From: Batkoa obscura
Lineage: Eukaryota
DNA length: 64,000 bases
Direction of reading: 5' to 3'
Assembly (NCBI GenBank): GCA_030770535.1
Contig: JASVEC010000014.1
Span: forward strand, 620,001-684,000
Of the stretch, positions 11,887 through 26,051 are shown one piece after another (position 1 is the stretch's first letter; every line of letters begins with the position of its first letter). Under the pieces are notes generated by a model that worked only from the letters and a program-made list of their open reading frames with translations, made no database searches and was not told where the DNA came from. Position numbers and translations under genes: made by a program.

Positions 11887-12399
11887 TCACTTCCTGTTCC
11901 TATTGATTTATTTGATTATAATATATAAATCTGAGTAAAATAGAAATTTAGATATATAGGTATTTTGAATTTTCATCAAAATCTATCAGCCTTTACTACT
12001 CTATGGCTTTGGTTCGCTTAGTATATCCTTAAGGATTCTGCAACTAGCTTGGTATATTTTCTAAAGCATGATATACATTGTACTAAATTAAAAATCAATT
12101 AATTAATAAACTTGACATTATTCACTTTTTTAATTTCAAGTGGGCAGTTTAAGTATAAAATAATAGATAAAGTTGAAGTAACTAAGGATAAGTTGACCCC
12201 AATTAATAACAAAGATAAGGAGGTTGTTTCAAGAGCTGCCTATAGCACAAACACTGAAAAAGTACGCAAAAAGATTGATTATTTGCTTATAATTTTACCA
12301 AGTAGTTATTTTAAAGAAGACAAAATGCTTCGATTTTCTAGTATAAAGAGGAGGCACGATATACTTTATAAGTATTATTGTGACCAAAGTAACAAAAAA

Positions 12400-13240
12400 C
12401 TTGAAGAGAAGAGGCTAAACAAGATAAATAAGAAGTTAATATTTGGAAAGTGTTCTTATTTGGATATCATGATATGATTTGGTGATATGAACAAGGACAA
12501 TCAAATATCTTCCGATATTTTCGCAATGGTAATGAGATGATAGAATTATGTAGATTAAATAGGAAAAATCAGGTACGTTTGTTAAATCAAAGTTATTATT
12601 TGAACCTAAAGAGCCTATAATGAACTCCAATTCATATTTCTGACCTCTGTTTACCTACGATTATTACCCAATCTGTTTTTGCTAAACACCATAAATATAA
12701 ACCATGAGGTTCATATTATGTTAGAAGATAACACCCTTACCTTAATGAGGTTCCAATGTCAACGAGCAATGATATATTAGCATTGAATAGCAATTATAAT
12801 GTAATTGTCGAGATATTCTCTAATGTTTTAAAAAGTAAATTTATCAGTACTGATTATTTTTTAATTTCCGTGCTTCATATTTTGCTACTTCTGTTATTAT
12901 TGCCTTTTATTTAGTTTGTTTCGAGAATATTTTCACATCACCAAAAATTTAATAAAAGTTTTAAACAAATGTGATTATTATCTTTGGTCAATAATGGCTA
13001 TAGTAATGGCACCGTTTTGATTAACAATAATGATGCAGATACTGATGAAAACAGTAACTATGATAATTCAATTATAAATGACATGTTGAGCTCAGAAATA
13101 TTACCATAGACGCGAGAAGCCATAACAACCCATGATATTAATAATAACAATATAGAAAATATAGACTTTGACATAATAATAAACAAGGACAATAACAATA
13201 TAACTAATGAAATATATTATAAAAGAACATTGAGGACTGA
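12400..13240 (+). pseudogene. Possible decayed gene with F-box-like N-terminal segment
   Basis: Joining frames gives NIFRYFRNGNEMIELCRLNRK/IRYV/VKSKLLFE, interrupted by stops and frameshifts. Confidence 0.25.
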
Positions 13241-14094
13241 GTAATTGGATTGATACATACTATAAATGTACATAAAGATATCTTCTTGATCTTTCCTCCC
13301 TTCTCACTCCGTTCCAGATCTCCTGTACCATTGATTGCTGCTTTAGTTATTTGGATAGTCTATCGCCAATACTATAAAGCAGTATTTAGATCCTGATCAA
13401 GCCCCACTCTTACGTAGGTGTATAAACTTGAGTGAGAACCTTTCTTAATGAACGAATTCCTGCTCTCATCCCTCAGATTTAAGCAACTTGAAAGAGGTTA
13501 TGGGGTCTTGAAGATCAAGTCCTTTGGATTCTCTACTACTTATCAGGGTCTCAAGTTGATTTCCTTCTTATATCTTTACTTTGTTTTTGCTATCTGGTAA
13601 ACAACTGCCCTAGACATATGGTTCCTAAAAAGTAGCAATTTATTAATTGATGTTTTATAGAAATTAATTGTAGAAATTTATTTATAGTACTTATGTTTAT
13701 TCTCAATAACAATTATTTAATATAAAAATCCTATAAATAGGTCTAAGCCTATTTATATCGCAATTTGCTCTTTGAAATCCATTTAACATTGTGTTCGAAA
13801 TGTCATTAATAAAATACAAAAATAATATATTAATATTAAATCATATTACATTAAAGAATATAATATTAATCTGCAAGCTTTGAAATTTCCTTAATATATA
13901 ACCAAATTTACAAAACCCAAGATATCGGATAATCGTAATATATTGCATTAGCAAATCATGATTTGTAAAGGAGTTAAATATATTTGACATAAGTTTATTT
14001 AAAAAATTTGAAATAATTATTTGAAATATTAACAATAACAAAGGAAATTTTAATGCGCGTAAAAATTTGATTTAATTTAATTTGGTGGTAAAGC

Positions 14095-15285
14095 TTATAA
14101 TGCACCTCCGGTTTCTTTCATGAAGTTGTTGAATTCCAATTCACGCATTTCGTTTTCACGGATATTGGAGTAATTGAATTGCATCTTCATAATGAAATCA
14201 GCATCCAATAATTTGACTGGTGGTTTTTCGGGTGCAGAAGAAAGTAAACTTCTATCGCTCTGCATGATTTTAGTAATACCATTATCGGCTAATTCAAAAT
14301 TCTTAGTAACGAAGGCAACATCATGTTTGACTAAATCTTCAAGGGTAGTAACATTAGTTGGTACAGTGTATGGTTCTGGTGTGAAATCAGGAATGAAAGC
14401 AGCACGAGAAACACCACCTGGTTTGACCCATGAGAAATGTTCTTGTTTATAAACATAACACATACGGTCTGAAGTATCGATACCTTGAAGAACTGGGAAG
14501 CCCCAAGGTGCAACTGGAGTACGACGGCTTATATGATATTCATCCATAGTTTCTGGGTAACGCATTTGGTGATCAAACCATAATTTATCAATGAAAGCAT
14601 GATGGGAATAGAATAATGGATCACCAGGTGAAGCATGACCAGAGAATTCACCACCAATACCATTATGAATACGACCATGTGGTAAACCTTCAATATTTCC
14701 AGCAAATCTACTGAAAGGAGTATCATTTAAGTATAAATTATCCATTTCAGCCGCACCAGTTACTTTTTCATCAAATACCTTCTTACGTCTTAAACAATGT
14801 TCACCCCCATTTCCGCCATGATAATAAAAGACTTTGAAATCTTTGAATGGACCACTATCAACGCATCCATCATTACCGTTTACTCTACCAAAATATTTCT
14901 CGCTATAGATAGGATCACTGTTTGGGTTACTGGCTTCGGAGGTCCAATCCCAGTATGGAATAGTGACGGAAGGATCAATTTTTTGTAATTCTTTTTCAAC
15001 AAAATATAAATAGTAACGATGCCATACATAGAAAAGTGGTCTCATATGAACTTGTGGATAATATTCAATGTGCATCTTAGCAAAGCTATCCCATTTTGTT
15101 GGCCTTGGACCACTGTTTAATTGTTTAACAGCATTAAAATAACGAGTTAATTGAGAATCACTCATTTGCTTGATATTTTTACGAACTCGAATATTTTCTG
15201 GTTTACAGAATGGCAAATCCTGACCAACAACGGAAGTTGCAATTCCCAAGATTATTAATGAAACGGCTTTAAGATTAAAAATCAT
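14095..15285 (-). CDS. Secreted tyrosinase (type-3 di-copper protein)
   Basis: Signal peptide; RVRKNI; CuA region H...VH..PLFYVWHR; IPYWDW; CuB PHGRIH...DPLFYSHHAFID. Confidence 0.93.
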   Translation of the reverse strand: MIFNLKAVSLIILGIATSVVGQDLPFCKPENIRVRKNIKQMSDSQLTRYFNAVKQLNSGPRPTKWDSFAKMHIEYYPQVHMRPLFYVWHRYYLYFVEKELQKIDPSVTIPYWDWTSEASNPNSDPIYSEKYFGRVNGNDGCVDSGPFKDFKVFYYHGGNGGEHCLRRKKVFDEKVTGAAEMDNLYLNDTPFSRFAGNIEGLPHGRIHNGIGGEFSGHASPGDPLFYSHHAFIDKLWFDHQMRYPETMDEYHISRRTPVAPWGFPVLQGIDTSDRMCYVYKQEHFSWVKPGGVSRAAFIPDFTPEPYTVPTNVTTLEDLVKHDVAFVTKNFELADNGITKIMQSDRSLLSSAPEKPPVKLLDADFIMKMQFNYSNIRENEMRELEFNNFMKETGGAL

Positions 15286-16837
15286 TTTTATTAAACTTTG
15301 AATACTTTTATAAAAAAATTAGGTTATATGTGAAAATGAATTAAAGATATTAAAAAATATTAAAGCTAATTTCTTTGATGAACGATTAGATATTGTATTT
15401 ATAGTCTATCTGACAGAGTTCCTAATCATTAACCTAAAAATAACTCGCCCCATTCGATCTATGGAATTACTGGTTTTTTTGTTCTTTTACCTTTTTGAAT
15501 TTAATTTGTTCACAAGGTTTTGTATTCGCAAAACTATTAAAAGCTTATATATTCCGCTTTGTATATCAAATTTTATCAGCATATCTTAAAAAACTGATGC
15601 AATTCGAAAGATGCAAGAATTTGTTTATGTTCTCTATATAGATAAGTTGTTAACCTAAATTAAAATCGGTCTCCTTGTAGTTGAGTCATATAGTTCATAG
15701 GAATCCAATTTTTCCCCCATTTATGGTACTTTCAGAATTTAATGAGAATAGCATCTATTTAAAGAAAATTGAAAAATAAGGTGGAGGAAATCAAAATGAG
15801 GTTTATTTTTAGATACAAGTTATCATTATAATGCTATTATATTATTTAATATTAACATAAGTATTCGAAAATGAGATATTTAATTTGATAAGTTTATTTA
15901 CCAATTTTTAACTCCTCTGGACTTATTTACCTTATTGGCTCAAGAACTTTAATGCATTCCTATAGCAATCATCATCTCGAAAACGAACAATTATCGTAGT
16001 AATGAAATAGTTAAAAGTTTAATGAAGATAAAAGTAAGACATATAAAAAGCTATCATTATTCTATCATATATATAAGTAAATATACGTAAGTAAGAGTTC
16101 GTGTTTTAGCGCAGTAATCTGGTTAATAAAGATGTATGGGTTTCAACTTAAGAATTTGTGAAAAACGAGTTACTGAAGGTTACTGTATGTGAAATTTAAA
16201 GTACATCACATATATGGACTAATTTAAATTAGGAAATTTTAATAAAAACATATTATTAGACTTATGTTTAACCTTTAGTGTTTAATTTTTATCACTACTA
16301 TTAAATCACTCTATCAAATTATTATAAAAATGACTCCTTTAAAACTTTTATCCCTTAAAGTCTTATATTTGTTCAATATTTAATTAAACACTCTAATTGA
16401 AATAAACTAAGTTTTTAATCTTATTTTTAGGACCTTTATAATAGCTTGCTTTTAAGAATACGTTAAGCACTTTATATCTTCTATGTATCTCAAAACAAGT
16501 ATAACAAATATATTTGTCAGTATATTATTGATTTTAAAGTTCATTCAATTTAAAAATATTAAATGATTTACCTTTATAATCATTATTTTACAATCTTTAT
16601 ATTGTAAATGTCATAATCTAATGTATTAAAATATAATAGCAGGTTATGCTAATAGATTAATTTATTGGAGATAACAAAAAAGGTTATAGTCATTTTTTTT
16701 ACAAATAAAAGCGAAATTATGAGCTATTTAATAAGTTTTATGAGTGATAAACGATATTTTTGATTTAACGTTGTTTATATAATAAACTAGAATAGTATAT
16801 ATCTCTATCATATCTTTTAAAATTTAATTATACTATT

Positions 16838-16884
16838 TAAGATACTAAGATACTAAGATACTAAGATACTAAGATACTAAGATA
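16838..16884. repeat. (TAAGATAC)n tandem repeat, ~6 units
   Basis: Read directly. Confidence 0.9.
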
Positions 16885-17345
16885 TACATATTTCATACCA
16901 AATCCTTTTAGTATTCTTATCCGTCTTCTAATTTTGCTAAATTATCAAACTAATCCATTAATTAGTCTTCAAATTTCAATTTTATTATTTATATCAAATA
17001 TGATAGAGTCTAGAATAACTAAACTAAACTAAACTAAATAGTTTGATGATATAAATATTATATAATATTCTTTACAAACTGAATATTGTTTCTATAAGAT
17101 CTACAAAATTCATTATAACTTCAATTGCCAAATAAAAATGGAGTTTACTTTAGAAAAAGGAAGGCAATGAAATACTAATGTTTTTGTTATTTTGTTATTG
17201 TTTTTCTAAATTACTATTTAATCTTGTAAATAAAGTTAAAATAGATTAAAAAAACAAATGTTCTTATTTTAAGAATTAATAACATGAATACATCAATTAA
17301 GTGAAACAGTTACAAAACATTTTGATTTTTATTAGGTATATATAT

Positions 17346-17727
17346 GGGGATGTCCAAATTGATTTCATAATTTAGCTAAAAATTAATCCAAATTTCAAGT
17401 TTCTAAATTTATAAGTCCTTAGTGTATGATTAGTTGAATTTAAAAGCTTAAAATTAAGCAAAAAAATTTGATTTAAAACTATAATTGTTTTATTTTTATT
17501 GTTTAATAGATGTACAATATATAAATGTATAGCTACTTGAGTTTACTTTTTATGACTAAACTTCAAAATGGAATTTTAAAAAAATTTAATATAATAAAAA
17601 GCATACTATATGATTATTATAATCTATTTACATTAATTTTAACTATTTATAATAACCCAGAGTTTATGAGGTTTTATAATAAATTAAATAAATATTGTTA
17701 AAGTTTACTATTGATAATAATAAACTT
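17346..17727 (+). mobile_element. Interspersed repeat family B (terminus GGGGATGTCCAA)
   Basis: Homologous in inverted orientation to 45760-46130 and 63100-63200. Confidence 0.65.
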
Positions 17728-18042
17728 AATTAAATAGTATATAAAATTAATGCTTTAAAAAATAGGAAACAGAAACTAGTAAATAACATTATTAACTATA
17801 ACTTTAGTATATATTTTTGACTAATGTAAAGTTTTGATTTAACATAAATAAAAATCAATATCAATATTGTAATAAACAATTTGGATTTTGCTTTTTATAA
17901 AAGAGGGCATTAGTTGGATGGGTGAATAGTTATAATTATTCAAAAACTAAGAAAACTGTAAAAACTTAATTACTGCTGTAGTTTCATACTTTTACCACTA
18001 CTAACTTCTAAAAAATAAAGAAGTATGAGAATATAATAATAT

Positions 18043-18138
18043 GGGGATGTATTTTTATGTTAAGGATTTTACTAACAACTTTTCCACTTAAATAGTGCTT
18101 AAAAAATGGAAAATAATGAAGTCAAAAAAAACACTCCC
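18043..18138 (+). mobile_element. MITE family A copy
   Basis: ATAT-GGGGATG...CACTCCC-ATAT. Confidence 0.85.
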
Positions 18139-18498
18139 ATATAAAGTTGTAATAATAAAATACAAAACAATTATAAAGCAATTCTGAATATTTATTATTA
18201 TTTATCATGTTTTTTTATAGTAATGATGTCATAATTTCTATAACAAAACTAAATATATCAAAACAAACTTTATTATATTAAAAATGATAATAAAATAATT
18301 CATTTTAACTAAGCAGTAGAAATATGCTTAAAAAACTAGCTTCTAATCCAAATTGATTACAGTTTTTGAACAAATGTTGAAATAATAAAAAGGAGGCATT
18401 GATTGAAAAAGTTAAAATTATTATAAAATTGAGCAATGTAGATTTAATGAAATGGAAAGGTGTAATGACACATAATAATTGCTTGATTATTATCACTT

Positions 18499-18596
18499 AA
18501 GGGTGTTTTTTTGGTTTGATTGTTTTTTCCACTTTTTAAGCGCTATTTGAACACAAAATTTGTTAGTAAAATTCTTAAAAATAAAAATACAGCCTC
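18499..18596 (-). mobile_element. MITE family A copy
   Basis: Core TAAGCGCTATTTGA...TAGTAAAATTCTTAAA. Confidence 0.75.
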
Positions 18597-19112
18597 ACCT
18601 ATAAAAAAAACTTGTAGTAATTGGGCAGATATTTTGTACCACCACACTTTTCTATTTCATCAAACTCACATTAGATTTTTTGATCATTTGGTTAACTTTC
18701 TTCAAAGTTTAAGCAGTTCAATTAAAAAAAAGGCAAAAGCAAATAATATAGATTTATGCTCTAATAGTTGAATGAAAGCAGACTAGCACTTGTTTTTAAA
18801 ATAATAATAATACTTTTTAAAAAAAGATAAATGTTATTATCAAAACCTTAAATCATACAGTAGAATAGACAAGCTTTATTCTAAAAAAATGTCCAATTGA
18901 TATTAATGTAACTTTTTTCTCATCATAGTAATTTTGATATCAGTTTAAAAAAAACAAATGTTAATTGGTGGAGAAAGGTAGTATCAATCATGAGATTAAG
19001 ATAGAACCAATGGCTTAACTGAAATTGGAATTTAAGCTCAGTCTAAGGCTAATTAATTCGAATGCATTAAAACAGAAAAATATAAAATAACACACAACCA
19101 TTTTTATTTATA

Positions 19113-20582
19113 ATGAGCTCTAGAGAAGAAGAATTAACACCAGAAAAAAAGCGTTTATCTTTAAAATTAAAAAAATTATTACCTTTAAAAGAGCGTAACA
19201 CTATTGATAATAAAAGATCCAGTAGTCCACTAAAGGAATTATTTACCAACTCAATTGAAGATATAAATACTATGAATAATAATACCAATACTATGGAACC
19301 TTCAACTCCCGGTACTAGTAAAAGACATCAAGTCAAACCTAGTATCGTTGGAGAAGATTTTCCATTAAAATTAGAAGATTTAAGTTGGTTAAATGATAAA
19401 GAAGATAGTGCCCCAGGGACACCAGGTTCTTTAAATGAGTTTATTGTAAAAGATAGAGAAGATTTACCTAGTTATGATAGTTTAGAACCAGAAACTGAAG
19501 AAGAAGAAAAGAATCAATTGTTAGACTTACAATTAGATCCTATTCAAAAGAAAAGAAATATCGATTTTCATATTAATTTTCCTTCCCTTCCTTTAGATGA
19601 TATTTTAATTGAAGATTATCATTGTGCTTTACAAAAAGATATTCTAGTTACTGGACGACTTTATCTAACTAGTGAACGTATTTGTTTTCATTCTAATTTA
19701 TTTGGTTGGGTTAACCATACTATCATTCCATTTAAGCATATTGTTTCTTTACAAAAACGTTCAACTGCTTTTGTTATTCCTAATGCTATCCAAATTATTA
19801 CTTTGGATCAAAAGGTAAAAGTTTAAAATTACTATTTGTTGTTGTTTATTAAATTCTATTATTTTTATAGTATTTCTTTACTTCATTTATGGCTCGTGAT
19901 ACTGTGTTTTGTAAACTTTACGAGTTATGGTCTAAGAAATGTCCTAATAGAGCTGTTGAGCCTATCAGATCAAATACAGTTAACGAAGACACTAATAATG
20001 GAACCAATGTGAATGAGAATAGTAGTAGTTTATGCCCATGTTTAAAGATGAATAGTAGTCATGAAGGGTATTTAAATTTAGATACTACTTATTCTGTTAA
20101 TATTAAAGTTTTATTTGAATTATTATTTGGGGAAGATAATCACTTTATGAAAGAATATTTAGAAAAGACTAATAATAACGTTGAGTTTAAAGAATGGAAA
20201 GACGATAAAAGGGAAATTCATTATATTAAACCATTGAGTAATCCATTAGGACCTAAACAAACGAGGGTTAATATTATTGAAGAAATAGTAACTAAACAAG
20301 AAGATAGTTATATGGTACAGGATCAAAGTAAAAATCCAGATGTACCAAGTGGAGATGCATTTACTGTTAATACAAGGTATTGTTTTATGATCAGTAATAC
20401 TAATCAATGTCGATTAGTAATAACTACTTGGTTGGAATGGTCTAAATCTTCTTGGTTTAAAGGACCAATTGAAGCGGGTACTAAAGATGGTACTACTAAA
20501 GCAGCTCAAGAATTAGATGAAGAAATCAAAAATTATATTAGTAATAATCCACATCTTATTACTATTGCTGAAGGAGTTAATG

Positions 20583-20615
<33 letters not shown>

Positions 20616-20902
20616 TAATATCAGCTGAAAAAGGAAGTAATAATAATCATCAAATTCAATCCAAGGATAAATTTAAATCGATTTTATATTATATTGTTTA
20701 TGGATTAGCTATTTTATTAATGATAAATATGACATATTATCATTATTATTTAAAACCACAAGTAACAAGTAAACAACATCAACAAGATAACAATAATAAT
20801 AATAAACAAGATAGTAATTATAAATTACAACAATTAATTAAATTAAAAGAGGAACTTAATAATTTTAATGATAAATTAAATCAAATTCATAATAAATTTT
20901 AA
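19113..20902 (+). CDS. GRAM + VASt/StART-like sterol-transfer protein (LAM/GRAMD1 family); exons 19113-19814 and 19871-20902
   Basis: GRAM motifs DYHCALQKDILVTGRLYLT, FHSNLFGW, TAFVIPNAIQI; 56-nt GT-AG intron restores KYFFTSFMARD; VASt motifs LGPKQT, PDVPSGDAF; C-terminal TM helix and coiled coil. Confidence 0.9.
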
Positions 20903-20970
20903 TAAATAAAGTATCAAATTAAAAATTACATATTATTTTTATTTTATTAACTTATTATGTTATTATTTTA

Positions 20971-21969
20971 TTATAAATTCAAATTTATAATTACTTTTTT
21001 TACTTGAATATAAAACTCATTTACAATTGGAATATGTTGTTTTGCTTTTTTTAAAATGAGATAAGCATCTAAAAAGTGTTGTTTACAATCATCTTGATTA
21101 TTTTTTTGTAAAATTAAAGCTAAAGCTAAGGTAGCAGAAGTAATTGCAAAGAAACGATAAGCATGACCAAATCTAATAAAATGGTAGTTTTGAATTTTAG
21201 CTAATTGAATTAAATTGATACTATTAAACTTCAATTCTAATAATATGTTAGATTGAAATTGAGAGTTATTATTTAATTTGAATTGTAATTGATTTAATTG
21301 AATTAACATTGTTAACATAACTATTTTATTAAAATATAATAGAGGTGATGCTAAATTCCATACCCATTTAGGTTGACTTGATAATTGATACTTTAATTTA
21401 TTTTCAAATGTATAATAACAATATTGAATTTTTAAAATTAATTGTTGAGATAATCTCATACTTTTGCTTTGATTTTCAAATAAATTAATTTTAATTAATC
21501 CTTGAATATAACCCATAAAATTGCATAAATCATTAAAATTTTTTAAATAAATGAAACTCAAATAATCTCTTACTATAACAAATTGTTGATAATTAAATTC
21601 CTTATTAACTTTAGGTAATTGTTTCATTTTAGGATAATTTACTAAATGATTATTAGCTGGTATTAAACTCGGTCGATTTAATAAAAAGGTATTAACTTTA
21701 TCTAATATACAACAAAACCACCAAAGGTGATATCTTATTTTTAATATATTTATTGGTATTTTTGATTTTTTATTTGGTTTTAAATGACATCCTAATAAAA
21801 TAGCATAAGTTATTGTATATGATTGATATAGCCAACAACGTTTGAAATCATTGACAATAATTTGATAAATTCCCATCAAACTTAAACTAATTAATAAATT
21901 TAAATTAGGTGTTGGGAAATATGATTTAAATTGTAATATACATAAATTATCTAAATAATTATTAATTTG

Positions 21970-22010
<41 letters not shown>

Positions 22011-22034
22011 CATTAATATTAATATTATTATTAA

Positions 22035-22071
<37 letters not shown>

Positions 22072-22746
22072 GATTAAATATTTATAACCGATACAAATAA
22101 CAATACTATTTAATAAATCATTACTATACTGTTCTAAATATTCTTCAGTAATAAATGGAAAATAAATACAAAAATTAATAAAATAACTTAATTTAGCTTG
22201 TTGTATAATAACTGAATTTAATAGTATTCTTTCAATTCTCAAATTAAATGATTTACTTTTGCCCATTTCTTGACTCTTTAATTCAATTCTTCTATCCTTT
22301 CTAAATTCCGATAATTCCATAAAATTAGCTAATAACATACAAGCTGGGCTTTGTCCATAGTAATCAATAAATCCGTATTTATTAATGTAAATTGGAGTAT
22401 ATGAATCGTCGATTAAACTATCCATTAATAAACTTCTTACTTTACTTAATTTTGTCCAATTTTTGTTTATTTTATTAAAATAAACTAATTGAATACTGTT
22501 TTCTTTATTGTCCTTTATAATACATTTTACTTTTACTTCGTTTGTTGATTTGGTATATGTACATGATCTATTCTTTTCTTTACATCGAATGCATAAAGGG
22601 TATTGTTTACTACATTTCTTTTTATCTAATTTACATTGTAAACAAACTACTTTACTTAATATCTGATTATTATATTTATAAAATAATGATTTATCTTTTA
22701 TCTCAGATGGTATTTCATCTTCATGGGCTTGAAATGTACTAAACAT
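20971..22746 (-). CDS. Zn(II)2Cys6 transcription factor with fungal middle-homology region and poly-Asn tract
   Basis: CLQCKLDKKKCSKQYPLCIRCKEKNRSC; RYHLWWFCCILD...LNRPSLI; (AAT)n tract at ~21970-22072. Confidence 0.88.
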
Positions 22747-23317
22747 TTCAAAATAGCTTGATTAATAGAGTAGACACCCCAGTTACTATCAATAATAAAT
22801 TATCACTTGTTTTGGTTCCTATAGTTATATCTTTATATTCATAAGTATTAGTGGTAATATACTACTTCTTGATTTAGTTTCTGTCTTATATTCTCTTTTC
22901 CTTAGTTCCGATTCTTGGTCGTTAATTGAATTTTCAAAATAAGCAAAAAAATTAAGTTACTTTTTTTGTGTTTAAAGTTCAAGCTATTTTTCCTAATAAA
23001 TTATTGGTTGAATATGATAGAAATCAATATAAACAATCAATATAAACAATCAAATAAAATAGGAGCATAAATTTCAATTTAAAGGCTACATTATATATAT
23101 ATAAGAATTATCAGAAAAATATTCTAAATTAAAGTATAAACGTTTGAAATAAGCTACTTTAAAAAAATCTATTAAAAAGTAATATAAGTTCCTTTTTAGT
23201 TCTATATCTTTCTCCTATCATTGGTTATTCAATTTACTAGTTTCAAATTAAATTAAAATCAAACTTCTTCATTTTAAAAAAATCATATTAATGCCATTTT
23301 ATTAACTAATAATACAT

Positions 23318-23409
23318 GAGGGTACTTTTTTTGATTTCATCACCTTTTCTATCTTTTAAATACTATTTTAGTGGAATTGTTGGAAAAATTCTTAAAAAAA
23401 GACATCCCT
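23318..23409 (-). mobile_element. MITE family A copy (diverged)
   Basis: GAGGGTAC...GACATCCCT. Confidence 0.65.
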
Positions 23410-23769
23410 ATATAAGTTATACTTCACCACCAAAGTTTATTCATTAATGAGTTGGTAGTGATTTTTATAAAGTTGGTTACAGTTTAATTGACACTTTTAG
23501 TTATTTCTTGGTGTAATTATGTATTTATTGAAAATACATTAATCTTGTTATCTGTTTCATTTTCCACCATGTTCCTATTTAAACAAACTTTTTTAATATA
23601 ACTTTTATCTTAATATTAATTCTATTAATTGTTTATTTTAGCTAAAAATATTAGCTACTTTGTATTTGATATTCAAGTTCTAAACTCCTGTTATTCTCCT
23701 CACATTTATTGAATTTATTTTAAATCCATAAAATTGCTATTTAGACTGTTGATAATTTATTAAGCATAT

Positions 23770-23868
23770 GGGGATGTATTTTTGTGTTTAAGAATTTTAC
23801 TAACAAATTTTCCACTCAAATAGCGCTTAAAAAATGAAAAGAGTAATAAAACCAAAAAAAACAGTCCC
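23770..23868 (+). mobile_element. MITE family A copy
   Basis: ATAT-GGGGATG...CAGTCCC-ATAT. Confidence 0.85.
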
Positions 23869-24246
23869 ATATATAAGTTTATCTAATAACATTTAAAAAA
23901 TAGGATAAATTGAACTTTCAATGAGAAGTTAATAATAATATCAATTTTATTTTATTATGAGCTTTAATTATAAAAATAGTTACCAATTTTATATCAAACA
24001 TTCTATCTAGATCTTTATTGAAGTTTAATAATTTGTAAATCTACTATTAGAATAATACTATTATTTAATGCTGATTATTATCAGGTAAAAGAAGCTAGAA
24101 ACCAAAATCCACTAGAGTTTTACTAGAAAAAATCAAAGATAAGTCCATAGGTTTTAAAAACTGGATCAATATATATATAAAATACAAATAATAGCATCTA
24201 GTTTAAATCAAAAGCAATCTTATCTCTTTTATTTAGAAAAGAAGAA

Positions 24247-24319
24247 TGGAGAACCCGGGCATCGATCCCGGTGCCTCTCGCATGCTAAGCGAGCGCTCTA
24301 CCATCTGAGCTAGTTCCCC
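24247..24319 (-). tRNA. tRNA-Ala(AGC)
   Basis: Starts GGGGAACTAGCTCAGATGGTAGAGC; anticodon arm CTCGC-TTAGCAT-GCGAG; T-arm CCGGG-ATCGATG-CCCGG. Confidence 0.95.
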
Positions 24320-25077
24320 GATTTACTTAATAAAGTCTATAAGCAAATAGTATTTAATTTTTTTTGCTTAATAAAGATAAGAGTAATAACTTGGTATTGG
24401 TTTTATAAATATTCATATTTGAATGGAGACAAAATGAAATGTATTATGAAAAATTATTCAATTTTTACAAAATTGATTCCTTGAAATATTTGCTGATTTA
24501 AATTATGAGATAAATAGTTTGATACCTACATAGTCCATGATTATTTTATAAGGAAGTTATGATTCTTTATTTAGCACCGCATTTTCTATACTAATACCAT
24601 AATATTTCTAATATTAATATTGTATATATGTATATGTTTTATTAGCTTCACCGCTTTTTCTATTTTTTAGGTGCTATTTGAGCAAAGATTATTAATAAAA
24701 TCCTTAGAAAATATATCTTCATATTATATTCATCAAAGCAGAGTGAGTAACCTTTAAAATTTGTTTATATCAGTATCATTTTAATAGAAATAAAACAAAA
24801 GTTAAGTATTAATATAAAATCAATGAATAATTAATACTATAAGTAAGGCTTTTCATGATCATTATGATTAGTAACAACATATTAATTATATAAGATTCAC
24901 ACCTAATTTAAAGCTTAAACTACCTTATTAAATCAAATTTAATATCGGGTCTTTTTTGATGAAATTATTCTTACTGTGCTCATTATTTATTATTGATTTA
25001 AATTTAAAAAATCAAGTTTACATATCAATATCAATACGTAGTCAACTATTCTCTCAATTTTAAGCTAACAGCTATAT

Positions 25078-25174
25078 GGGGATGTATTTTTTGTTTAAGA
25101 ATTTTACTAACAATCTTTCACTCAAGTAGTGCTTAAAAATGGAAAAAGTAATGAAATCAGAAAAAAACATTCCC
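25078..25174 (+). mobile_element. MITE family A copy upstream of DJ-1 copy 1
   Basis: ATAT-GGGGATG...CATTCCC-ATAT. Confidence 0.85.
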
Positions 25175-25329
25175 ATATTTTAAATTTCATTTTACCAATA
25201 AAACAACAGTAAAGTATAATACATGATAATATGAAATGGTAAAAAAGCGATGAATAGGTAGTGTAAAGGGTATATAAGGGCAAAAAAGACACACCTTCTT
25301 GTTACAAAATTAAAGGTTAAAAATTAAAA

Positions 25330-26051
25330 ATGACAACACCAACATCAAAAAGTAAAATAAACCATTTAATGGTAAAATAATGTATATTAATAAATATTTA
25401 GATATTATTGATCCTTACTTTCCAAAACAAGAGAAATACAAAGTTGGCTTTATTATCTATGAACAGTTTACCATGTTAGATTTAGTAGGTCCAGCAGAAA
25501 TATTAGGTGATCATCCAGATCTATTTGAGACTGTAAGTATTGGAGTTAATGGTGATAGTTTAGTAAACTCTTGGTTTAATAGTTTAACCTATCACACAAA
25601 GCTAAGTATCAAAGAAGCCAAGAAGCAACATTTTGATTTAATAGTAGTACCTGGAGGAGTACAAGGGACTTATGCTATGGTAGCCAATGATGAATTTATT
25701 CAAGATTTCACTGAATTATGTAACAATACTAAAGTAGTATTTACAGTTTGTACTGGTGCATTAATATTAGCTCAAACTGGACTATTAGATGGACTGAAAG
25801 CAACTACTAATAAATCATTATTTTATAAAAAAACACCAGATCATCCAAAAGTCGACTGGGTTTGGAAAGCACGTTGGGTTCATCATGGTAAATTTATTAC
25901 TTCCAGTGGTATTACAGCGGGGATTGATGCAGCTTTGTATATTCTTTCCTTAGTTAAGGATAAAAAAGCTGCTGAGCATTTTGCTGAGGTGTTAGAATAT
26001 ACAGCTAACTTTGACCCTGATTTAGATCCTTTTGCTAAAGTTTATGAATAA
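25330..26051 (+). CDS. DJ-1/PfpI family, isonitrile-hydratase-like, cytosolic copy 1; exons 25330-25351 and 25402-26051
   Basis: 50-nt GT-AG intron gives MTTPTSKNIIDPYFP; motifs LDLVGP, VPGG, TVCTG, ATTNK, ARWV, TSSGITAGID, LEY; TATATAA at 25271. Confidence 0.9.

Noticed and set aside
18305..18771. Short intergenic ORFs here and at 42609, 44003, 45417 and 62092
   Set aside because: Made of MITE, microsatellite or AT-rich sequence with no protein motifs
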